DNA from: an uncultured Coriobacteriaceae bacterium
GTDB lineage: Bacteria; Actinomycetota; Coriobacteriia; Coriobacteriales; UMGS124
Assembly (NCBI GenBank): GCA_900539345.1
Contig: UQBS01000005.1
Location: 610-64,609, forward strand
Length of the DNA stretch: 64,000 nucleotides
Reading direction: 5' to 3'
Shown here: piece after piece, positions 25,553-33,362 of the stretch
Numbering within the stretch: position 1 is the stretch's first letter
Layout: each line of letters starts with the position of its first letter
Notes under the pieces: generated by a model
Databases searched by the model: none
The model's input: only the letters and a program-made list of their open reading frames with translations
What the model was told of the DNA's origin: nothing
Translations under genes and position numbers: made by a program

Positions 25553-26110
25553 TTAAGCCTCCTCATGGACGACGTCTGCCTCGTGGGCAATCTGCTCGTC
25601 CTGCTGGGTCGTCATGTGAACGCGGCGCAGCGTCTGCTCCTGCTCGCCGGGGGCCGACATGTGGCCCTGCGGAAGCGGGGCGCCCGCGGCGAGGGCGGCG
25701 CGCTTCTCCTCAAGCACTGCCAGGCCCTTTACCACGCCGTCGATGATGGACTGGGGACGCGCGGCGCAACCGGGCACGTACACGTCGACAGGGATGACCT
25801 TGTCCACGCCGCCCTTCACGTTGTAGCAGTCGTGGAAGATGCCGCCCGAGCAGGCGCAGATGCCCACGGCCACAACGACCTTGGGCTCGACCATCTGCTC
25901 GTAAATCTGCTTGATGACGCCCTCGGCCTGCTCGTTGACCGAGCCGGTGACCAGGAAGATATCAGCGTGCTTGGGGTTGCCCGTGTTGATGATTCCGAAG
26001 CGCTCCACGTCATAGAGAGGCGTGAGACACGCCAGGACCTCGATGTCGCAGCCGTTGCAGCTTGCGCCGTCGTAGTGGATGAGCCACGGGGACTTGCTTG
26101 TAAAAGACAT
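25553..26110 (-). CDS. echC: Ech-type hydrogenase small subunit (NuoB/HycG-like, proximal 4Fe-4S)
   Basis: SCNGCDIE, GICACSGG, PGCAARP motifs. C-terminal extension of about 50 aa. Confidence 0.9.
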   Translation of the reverse strand: MSFTSKSPWLIHYDGASCNGCDIEVLACLTPLYDVERFGIINTGNPKHADIFLVTGSVNEQAEGVIKQIYEQMVEPKVVVAVGICACSGGIFHDCYNVKGGVDKVIPVDVYVPGCAARPQSIIDGVVKGLAVLEEKRAALAAGAPLPQGHMSAPGEQEQTLRRVHMTTQQDEQIAHEADVVHEEA

Positions 26111-26120
26111 GTGCCCCCTC

Positions 26121-27023
26121 CTAGAAGATGATAACGCCGCTGCTCAGATAGTAGAACAGCGAGAAGTTGACGATGCTGGCCACGAGCGCCACGCCCCAGG
26201 CGCCCTTGAGCATGACCTGCCACTTGACGCGGGCGAAGTTGTTGTCGATCAGGATCTCGATGAACCAGACGATAGCGACGACAACGATAGCAAGCAGGAT
26301 GGACAGCGGGTTGGCATTGATGAAGAACATGCCGACCCAGCCCAAGAAGAGCACATTCTCGTACCAGTGCGTGACCTCGACGATGGCCAGCACGCGGCCG
26401 CTCATCTCGGTGGTGGCGCCACGGACGAGCTCCTGGTGAGCGTGGTGCGCCATGGAGAGGTCGAAGGGCGACTTGCGCAGCTTGATGGTAAGCACGAAGA
26501 GCAAGCCCAGGAAGATGAGGGGCATGCACACGGCCAGGGTGGCGTCGCCGGCAAAGAGCGAGGAGACATCGAAGGAACCCTTGCCCTGAGTGGCGGAGGT
26601 GGTGAGGTAGAGCGCGACGCCCACGAAGAGCACCATGGGCTCGTAGGACATGACCTGCAGGATCTCACGCTGGGCGCCGGTCTGTGCCATGGAAGAGGGC
26701 GACAGGTAGCACGCCAGGATGAAGAACAGGCTCGACAGCGTGATGAGGAAGACGCACAGCAGGAAGTTGCCGCCGCAGAAGAAAACGGCGCCCGCGACGA
26801 TGGCAGCGAGAAGCGCCAACACGACCAGGCAGGTCATCACAGGGTCGAGTCGGCTGGTGTCCTTCTCAAGAAGCTTGCGCATATCGTAGTAGGGCTGCAG
26901 CAGAACCGGGCCGCGCCTGCCCTGCATGCGGGCCGTGATGATGCGGTCGGCGCCGGCCAGAAGGCAACCCAGCACGGGCGCCAGGATGATGAAGGCGCAC
27001 ACCGCCACAATGGTGAGGGCCAT
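26121..27023 (-). CDS. echB: Ech-type hydrogenase membrane subunit (NuoH/HycD-like)
   Basis: 300-aa polytopic membrane protein. RMQGRRGP near the N-terminus is typical of NuoH/HycD. Its start abuts the echA stop (no intergenic gap). Confidence 0.85.
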   Translation of the reverse strand: MALTIVAVCAFIILAPVLGCLLAGADRIITARMQGRRGPVLLQPYYDMRKLLEKDTSRLDPVMTCLVVLALLAAIVAGAVFFCGGNFLLCVFLITLSSLFFILACYLSPSSMAQTGAQREILQVMSYEPMVLFVGVALYLTTSATQGKGSFDVSSLFAGDATLAVCMPLIFLGLLFVLTIKLRKSPFDLSMAHHAHQELVRGATTEMSGRVLAIVEVTHWYENVLFLGWVGMFFINANPLSILLAIVVVAIVWFIEILIDNNFARVKWQVMLKGAWGVALVASIVNFSLFYYLSSGVIIF

Positions 27024-29018
27024 TTAAATCACGCTCCCCATGAGGTTGATGAAGACGTAGCTGAGGCCCACAGAGCAGGCGATGCCCGCCAAGGCGATGA
27101 GGATGCAGACAATGGAACCGATGCGAGAAAGCTGCTTCTCGTCGAAGATGGACTCCATGTACCAGGCACGCTGGGCCGTGGAGACCTCGCCGCCCAGGGC
27201 GCCGGCGAAGCTCGTCTGCGACAGGCCCACGCCGCCCAGGTGCGGCATCTCGGCCAGGGAGGAGCGCTTCTTGGCGCGCAGGGCCACGATGAGCGGCACG
27301 ATCACGACGACCACGGCACTCACGGCCATGATGGTCAGGTCGGACAGGCTGGGGGCCAGCATCGAGCCACCCACGAGACGCTTGACATAGGGAGTCACGA
27401 TCGTCGAGCTCACCCAGGGCAGGGCCACGGCGAGGGCGACGACGCCGAAAGCCATGACGGCAAGTGCCGCCCACTCGCTCTTGTGGACGTCCCTCTCAAG
27501 GTTATCTTGACCCTGAACGTTGCACAGGATCTTGCCGAGCCACTTGGCCCAGAAGAAGAACGTGGCGGCGCTGCCGAAGCCCATCATGACGATGAGCATG
27601 AGCACGCCTGAATCGATGAAGGCACCCAGGGCAGCCCACTTGGAGATGAGCATGCCGAAGGGAGCGACGAACATACCGCAGATGCCCAGTGCCATGAGGC
27701 ACGCGAGCTTGGGCATGCGGGAGACGAGCGCGTCCATGCTCTCGATGTCACGGGAGCCGATGTGGTGCTCAGCGGTGCCCACGCACAGGAAGAGCAGCGA
27801 CTTGGCCACAGCGTGGAAGATGAGCAGGAACACGCCAGCCCACACGGCCGCCGCCGTGCCGATGCCAGCGCAGGTGACGATGAGGCCGAGGTTGGCGACC
27901 GTGGAGTAGGCCAGAACGCGCTTGGCGTTGGACTGGGAGATAGCGATGAGCGAGCACACGAGGAACGTGGTGGCGCCCACAAGCATCACGGAGATGCCCA
28001 CGGGGTTGAGCGCGGTCGTGTTGCCACCCGCGGCGAGGTAGGTGCCCATGAGGGGCGACAGGCGAATCAGCAGGAAGACGCCGGCCTTGACCATCGTGGA
28101 GGAGTGCAGAAGGGCACTCGTGGGCGTGGGCGCAACCATGGCGCCGAGCAGCCACGTATGGAAGGGCATCTGGGCGGCCTTGGTGAGCGCCGCAAAGGCG
28201 AGCAGGGCCAGCGGCAGCATGGCGAGGCTGGCAGAGGCGCCGCCGCGGCTCACGAAGGTGCTGAGCTCGAGGGTGTGCATCTGCGAGCCCATGTAGATGA
28301 GGGCAAGCGTGAACGCGATACCGCCGAGCATGTTCATCCAGATCTGACGGAACGAGTTGGCCGTGGCCTCCGCCGTCTTGGTATAGCCGATGAGGAAGAA
28401 CGAGCAAACGGTGGTGACCTCCCACATGGTGAGCATCCACATCAGGTTGTTGAAGAGCACGAGACCGAACATAGCGGAGAGGAAGGCGAACATCACCGCG
28501 AAGAAGACAGGTTGGCGATCGGGCGCAGACTCCTTGCCCTGAGCGGCGAGCTCGTCTTGATGATGCTGGAAGTCACGCATGTAGCCGCAGGCGTACACGA
28601 TGATGCCGCTGCCGATGATGCCCACGATGAGCACCATGATGGAGCTGAGCGTGTCGATGTAGACCGGACGCAGCACGTGCACGCTGTGCGCAACGCCGAA
28701 CTCAAGCACGCACACCGCAATGGCCTGGATGCATGCGAGCGCCAGCACGCCCATACGGCGGGCGTTGATGGCACGCCAGGCAACGTAGGCGGCGAGCAGC
28801 AGGTCGATGGCGAAGCACACCCAATCGAGCCACGGCATGCTATCCCTGTAGTACGTGCCCGCGCCCCTGAGATGGGCACTTGCCAGGGTGATGCTGGCGA
28901 TGATGATGACGGCGGCCGAAACGTACACGACCGCCTCGCGCACCCTGCGTCCCGGGGCCAGCAGACAAAGAACCGCCGCCACCAGCGGGATGAGGATGAG
29001 CAGGCCGATGATACCCAC
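27024..29018 (-). CDS. echA: Ech-type hydrogenase antiporter-like membrane subunit (NuoL/HycC-like)
   Basis: About 660-aa polytopic protein with NuoL/Mrp-like motifs (WEVTTVCSFFLIGY, PTPTSALLHSSTMVKAGVFLL). GTG 29018 follows GGAGG by 4 nt. The TTG 29048 used in the track has no RBS. Confidence 0.85.
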   Translation of the reverse strand: MGIIGLLILIPLVAAVLCLLAPGRRVREAVVYVSAAVIIIASITLASAHLRGAGTYYRDSMPWLDWVCFAIDLLLAAYVAWRAINARRMGVLALACIQAIAVCVLEFGVAHSVHVLRPVYIDTLSSIMVLIVGIIGSGIIVYACGYMRDFQHHQDELAAQGKESAPDRQPVFFAVMFAFLSAMFGLVLFNNLMWMLTMWEVTTVCSFFLIGYTKTAEATANSFRQIWMNMLGGIAFTLALIYMGSQMHTLELSTFVSRGGASASLAMLPLALLAFAALTKAAQMPFHTWLLGAMVAPTPTSALLHSSTMVKAGVFLLIRLSPLMGTYLAAGGNTTALNPVGISVMLVGATTFLVCSLIAISQSNAKRVLAYSTVANLGLIVTCAGIGTAAAVWAGVFLLIFHAVAKSLLFLCVGTAEHHIGSRDIESMDALVSRMPKLACLMALGICGMFVAPFGMLISKWAALGAFIDSGVLMLIVMMGFGSAATFFFWAKWLGKILCNVQGQDNLERDVHKSEWAALAVMAFGVVALAVALPWVSSTIVTPYVKRLVGGSMLAPSLSDLTIMAVSAVVVVIVPLIVALRAKKRSSLAEMPHLGGVGLSQTSFAGALGGEVSTAQRAWYMESIFDEKQLSRIGSIVCILIALAGIACSVGLSYVFINLMGSVI

Positions 29019-29252
29019 GTTGCCTCCACTCTCGAATAGATCCTTCAAGCCGACGGGAAGAGTCCCGTCTGCCTTTACGTAATATCACGAGTTAGCCGTC
29101 TGCAATGTGTGGGTGCTGTGACCCTCCCGACGTTGCCGTTATTTGTCGGCAGGCGGGCAAAGCGGTGGGCAAACGGGCATGCCCGACGGTAGAATGTGAG
29201 GCGTGAAAGGAAACGCGTTCTGAGCAGCCCTGCAGGGCAACGGGAGGTCGGC

Positions 29253-30176
29253 ATGACAATCGGCGCATCGCAAGAGGCCAAAGGATCGCTCACACTCGTA
29301 GGCACCCCCATCGGCAACCGCGCCGATCTGTCGAGCCGCGGGCTTGAGGCCTTGCGCCAGGCCGACACCGTGCTTGCCGAAGACACCCGCGTCTCGGGCA
29401 AGCTTTTGAGCTCGCTGGGTGTGGAGGCAAGGCTTGAGCGCTGCGACGAGAACGTCATCGCCGAGAAGGCGGCCGGGCTCGTGCGCCGCATGATGGCCGG
29501 CGAACGCATGGCGTTCGTCTCCGACGCGGGCATGCCCGCCGTGGCCGACCCGGGCGCACGCCTGGTGGACGCATGCCGCGATGCCGGCGTGCCCGTCGAT
29601 GTGATTCCCGGACCCTCGGCCGTGACCTGCGCGCTGGCGCAGTCCGGCTTTGCCTGCGAGGCATTCTACTTCGGCGGCTTTTTGCCCCGAAAGGACGGCG
29701 AGAGGGCGCGAGTGCTCAAGGCGCTGGCAGGCCTGCCTGCGGTGCTTGTGTTCTACGAGTCTCCCCACCGCGTGGCCGACTCGCTGGGTGCCATCGCCGG
29801 GGTGTTCCCGCGCCGCCGCGTGGCGCTGGCCCGCGAGCTCACAAAGATGTTCCAGGAAGTGGTGCGCGCAAGCGCGACCGAGATGGTAGAGCTCATGGCC
29901 GAGCGCGGAGAGCCCAAGGGCGAGTGCGTGCTGCTCGTAGACGCCCCCGATGCCGAGGAGCTTGCTGCCTGGGAGCGCAAGATGGCGGCGCTGGAGCTGG
30001 GAGCCGCGGGCGCCGGCGAGGGTGAGGACGAGGAGTTCGACCTCGACCGTGCCATCCGCGCAGGCCTCGCCGCCGGCAAGCGCGCGACGGCCCTGGCCAA
30101 AGAACTCGCCCGCTGCTGCGACACTCCGCGCCCAGAGATCTACGAGCGGATTTGCGAGCTGGGGAAAGAGGGGTAG
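29253..30176 (+). CDS. rsmI: 16S rRNA (cytidine1402-2'-O)-methyltransferase
   Basis: LTLVGTPIGNRADLSSRGLEALRQADTVLAEDTR, FVSDAGMPAVADPG. GGGAGG RBS before ATG 29253. Acidic C-terminal extension. Confidence 0.9.
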   Translation: MTIGASQEAKGSLTLVGTPIGNRADLSSRGLEALRQADTVLAEDTRVSGKLLSSLGVEARLERCDENVIAEKAAGLVRRMMAGERMAFVSDAGMPAVADPGARLVDACRDAGVPVDVIPGPSAVTCALAQSGFACEAFYFGGFLPRKDGERARVLKALAGLPAVLVFYESPHRVADSLGAIAGVFPRRRVALARELTKMFQEVVRASATEMVELMAERGEPKGECVLLVDAPDAEELAAWERKMAALELGAAGAGEGEDEEFDLDRAIRAGLAAGKRATALAKELARCCDTPRPEIYERICELGKEG

Positions 30177-30302
30177 CGAGGGGGACCAGGATCGCGCGCG
30201 AGCGAGACGGCGAACGCGCGGACATGGACGCCAGCGGGCGGATGCCGGTGGACACGCGTGCCCGTGCGGGCGGATATGCGCCAACAAGCGTACGTCCTGA
30301 CG

Positions 30303-30393
30303 GATTAACATACATTTCAGGATTTTGAAAAACGCGCTAACTGGTGTTTTGTTGATTTAACATACATTTGGAGCAGTGAAATGTATGTTAAAT
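30303..30393. repeat. AT-rich triple repeat: two direct copies of GATT(T)AACATACATTT, the second forming a 13-bp inverted repeat with AAATGTATGTTAA
   Basis: TTAACATACATTT at 30305-30317 and 30357-30369. Its inverted copy is at 30379-30391 (9-nt spacer GGAGCAGTG). Read directly. An isolated AT-rich patch in GC-rich DNA. Confidence 0.7.
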
Positions 30394-30417
30394 TGCACAG
30401 CCGAGTTCCTTCTTGCA

Positions 30418-30456
30418 CAAAAACGGCCCCACCAAGCGCGTGCCTGATGGGGCCGT
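30418..30456 (-). terminator. rho-independent terminator after the Tat-signal protein gene
   Basis: Minus strand: ACGGCCCCA-N16-TGGGGCCGT followed by TTTTTG. Confidence 0.75.
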
Positions 30457-30564
30457 CGTCGATGTAAGTTGCCTAGGGCACCGCTGCGCCCCCGCTCTGC
30501 CCATGCGCACATCCGCCAGCATGCGTCCACGGCGTGCAAGCCCCCAACTCAATGGCGCTCGGCC

Positions 30565-31287
30565 TTATTCGGGAAAATATTTCCCAGACTGCAGCAGCGT
30601 GCCTACTCCGTCCGATGAGAATACGTGCAGGTGCCGCTCAACTGGGATTTCGCTAGTTACATAGGTCCCCGCGCTTGTAAGCGTAAATGGCGCCCCTGAC
30701 ATAGGGGGCACGAGCGGGAGAGACTGCGACTCGAACGTCGCAGTGCAAAACGCCGCTATGTATGACGCGTCGCCCATATAGTCGCCTATGAATTCTCCGG
30801 CGAAATAGTTCATGTTCGCTGCGTCGTAGTCCTGATTGTCTTTCCATATAAGCTTGTAGGCGCTGCCGTCTCGCCCGAAAGCCATAAACCATATGCCCAC
30901 GGCAATTTCTTCAACCGCTCCCTCAGGATATCCCGCCTGGACCGTTGCCCCGTAAAAATGCCAACGGTCGTCCTCGGAATAGTCGTCGTAGTACCAGTTT
31001 CCCGCAATTGAACACGGGCGGCCCTCGTACATGTCCTGTCCATCGAGCTGGTATGTCCCCTGCGCCTGGCCGGCGTCGGCAGGAAGGGCATACTGCTCGA
31101 CAAATGCGGCGTCATCTGCAGAAATCACGTCGTTGATTTGATACCGGCCGAAAATCTTCTGGAACCGGGCAGCCAGCATATCCCCGTCTGGCTCGTCGGC
31201 ATGGGCCATGGGTACACAGCCAACGCCAGCCCCCACCGCCATCGCGGCTCCTGCCACCTTGACTAGTTCACGACGAGAGATAGCCAT
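30565..31287 (-). CDS. exported hypothetical protein with a twin-arginine (Tat) signal peptide
   Basis: MAISRRELVKVAGAAMAVGAGVGCVPMAHA|DEP... The mature part is rich in Tyr/Asp/Gly with no recognisable domain. GC content is visibly lower than in its neighbours. ATG 31287 preferred over GTG 31296. Confidence 0.65.
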   Translation of the reverse strand: MAISRRELVKVAGAAMAVGAGVGCVPMAHADEPDGDMLAARFQKIFGRYQINDVISADDAAFVEQYALPADAGQAQGTYQLDGQDMYEGRPCSIAGNWYYDDYSEDDRWHFYGATVQAGYPEGAVEEIAVGIWFMAFGRDGSAYKLIWKDNQDYDAANMNYFAGEFIGDYMGDASYIAAFCTATFESQSLPLVPPMSGAPFTLTSAGTYVTSEIPVERHLHVFSSDGVGTLLQSGKYFPE

Positions 31288-31339
31288 GCCAACCACCCTT
31301 CCTATCGTTACCTGTCACAGCAATGATATCAGGGGTGCT

Positions 31340-32119
31340 TTAGTACAGTCCAGTCGTGAGGGCGAAGTCGAGGGCACGGGGGCGGATGCCGGGGTAGTGG
31401 CCGAGCCAGGTTTGGGCAAAGTGGAGTTGGTCGAAACCTGCGGAGAGGCAGGCCTCGTCGGAAGGAAACTCGCAAGCACAGATGTCGGCCAGGCGCAGGG
31501 AGATGAGAGCTCGAGTCCAGGAAAGCACGGACGCGTCCATGGTCTTGATGGCGGCGGCGCAGGCGCACTCGGGACACACCACGCCGCCCTCGCTGATGTC
31601 GAAGGCAACCCTGCCCGCCTGCGCCAGCTCGACTGGCTCGCCACAGCGCACGCAGGTGTCCAGACACGGCCGAAAACCCTGCATGGCGGCCGCCTTGAAG
31701 ACAAAGGCGGCCGTAAGCAGGGGCAATACGGGGGACGGTGCCACCTCAAGGGCCTCCAGCGAGGCTGCAAGCAGGGGCAGCAGGCGCGGGTCGTGGTTGC
31801 CCTCCACCGTGAGCTCGCAGGCACAGTCGAGCGCGGCATCGACAAGCACCGCTCGGTCGTAGTCAGCGGCGACGTTGGCATGCGAGCGCACGAGGCGCGC
31901 CTCGCTCACGATAGGCAGACCCCTCCCCTCGCTCACCAAAAGCTCCACCTCGTTGCCCAGGTTCATGGCGCCGGCCAGCTTGGCAGAAGGTTTGCGCGCA
32001 CCCTTGGCGACGACGCGCAGCTGCCCCGCGCAGTCAGCCAGCAAGGTAACGATGAGGTCGCATTCGGCGAGCTTCGTGCGGCGAAGGACTATGCCGTGTG
32101 CCTTGAACTTGCCCGACAA
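31340..32119 (-). CDS. recO: DNA repair protein RecO
   Basis: FKAHGIVLRRTKLAECDLIVTLLADCAGQLRVVAKGARK (OB fold), Zn-finger CVRCGEP...CPEC. TTG start. Confidence 0.9.
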   Translation of the reverse strand: MSGKFKAHGIVLRRTKLAECDLIVTLLADCAGQLRVVAKGARKPSAKLAGAMNLGNEVELLVSEGRGLPIVSEARLVRSHANVAADYDRAVLVDAALDCACELTVEGNHDPRLLPLLAASLEALEVAPSPVLPLLTAAFVFKAAAMQGFRPCLDTCVRCGEPVELAQAGRVAFDISEGGVVCPECACAAAIKTMDASVLSWTRALISLRLADICACEFPSDEACLSAGFDQLHFAQTWLGHYPGIRPRALDFALTTGLY

Positions 32120-32128
32120 GGAGGCGTC

Positions 32129-33223
32129 CTAGAGGCTCGTGGCCAGGCGGTCGAAGTCGAGCAGAATCTGGCTTGCATGCAGGCACATGAGCTCGACGGC
32201 ACCTGCCTCGAAGAGCTCGACGGCCTCGGCAACGGTGCGGGCGTCGGTGGTGGCACGCACGGCAACGCCGGGCTCGACAGTGGCACACACGAGGCGCACG
32301 TCCTCAGGCGTGGCGCAGCGCTCGGCTCCCGTGCAGGCGACGACGTAGTCGAGGTGCGCGGAAGAGATGGCGTCGACGGCCTGGCAGAGTACCTGCGGGG
32401 TCAGCTGGCCGCACTCGATGGCCACGCCCACCGCAAGAGCGCCGTCGCAGCAGTCGTCATCGTCATGACCGCAGCCGCAGCCACACGCGTCATCATCACA
32501 AGCGTGATCGTGATCATGGCCGCAGGCACAGTCATCGTCGTCGCAGGCGCAGTCGTGATCACGGCCTTGCTCGCATGTGCAGCCCTCGTCATCGCAACCG
32601 CAAGCGCACTCGTGGGTGTGCTTGCTGGCACCCGCGTCGTCGCGGTCGCAATCGTGGTCATGCCCACAGGCACAACCAGCCTCGTCGTCCTCGCAGGTAC
32701 AAGTCTCATCATCGCAGTCACAGCCGCAATCATGGTCATGGCCGCAGGCGCAAGCATCCTCGTCCTCGCACTCTTCGCCGTCGGCGCGGGCGGTGCGAAT
32801 CACGCTGAGCACGGGGTCCATGGCTTCGTCGAACTCGCCTTCGACAAGGGCGGCGGTGTTGGCGGCAAGGCACACCTCGCCCACACCCACCGAGGCGAGC
32901 ATGGCGCACTCAAAACACAGGGCGTCACCGAGCACGCGCCCGTAGGGCCAGCCCAGAAGCGCGGTGACGCTCACGGGAAGACCCTCCTCGCCAAACGACC
33001 AGGCAAGGCGCGGTGCATCCCCCACCCAGGTCGCAAGCGCCTCGTGCCCCGCTCCGGCAGCCTCAAACGCCTGCTGCAGCGTGGCACCCGGGCCCGCAAG
33101 GGGACTGGCGAGCAGCGGGATGAGCCTAGCCGCAAGCTCCTGGCCCAGACCCTCCAGGTCGACCTCTTCGCCTTCGCACAAGCAAGACGCCAAACGCCCC
33201 AGTGTCTCTTCTGCCTGCGACAT
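32129..33223 (-). CDS. DeoC/aldolase-fold homologue lacking the catalytic lysines, with a roughly 110-aa Cys/His/Asp-rich insert
   Basis: Alignment by eye to B. subtilis/E. coli DeoC: VTALLGWPYG ~ VIGFPLGA; EVCLAANT ~ EVDMVINI; GVAIECGQLT ~ KVIIETCLLT; HLDYVVACTG ~ GADFVKTSTG; GVAVRATTDARTVAEAVELFEAGA ~ IGVKASGGVRTKEDVDTMVEAGA. The insert (aa about 148-260) is ...CACGHDHDCGCDCDDETCTCEDDEAGCACGHDHDC...CACGHDHDHACDDDACGCGCGHDDDDCCDG. ATG 33223. Confidence 0.7.
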   Translation of the reverse strand: MSQAEETLGRLASCLCEGEEVDLEGLGQELAARLIPLLASPLAGPGATLQQAFEAAGAGHEALATWVGDAPRLAWSFGEEGLPVSVTALLGWPYGRVLGDALCFECAMLASVGVGEVCLAANTAALVEGEFDEAMDPVLSVIRTARADGEECEDEDACACGHDHDCGCDCDDETCTCEDDEAGCACGHDHDCDRDDAGASKHTHECACGCDDEGCTCEQGRDHDCACDDDDCACGHDHDHACDDDACGCGCGHDDDDCCDGALAVGVAIECGQLTPQVLCQAVDAISSAHLDYVVACTGAERCATPEDVRLVCATVEPGVAVRATTDARTVAEAVELFEAGAVELMCLHASQILLDFDRLATSL

Positions 33224-33362
33224 CTCGATCCCCTTCTCTTTGGTGAGTCGCCGCTTCAGGCGGCGTGCTGTCAAATGGCCCCGGCGTCCCCTGGGCCAAT
33301 ACAAAACGGGCGCCCTGCCGTGGCTGCTTGCCACCTGCAGGACGCCCTGATGTCTCAAAGCC

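Noticed and set aside
30354-30393. Canonical chromosomal dif site (XerC arm, 6-bp core, XerD arm).
   Set aside because: Only XerD-arm-like sequence is present, and it is present in inverted duplicate. The arm spacing is 9-17 nt instead of 6. No XerC arm (…CATAA) is found, and gene-strand bias does not switch at this position. Kept only as a hypothesis of a recombinase-related or operator repeat (see findings).
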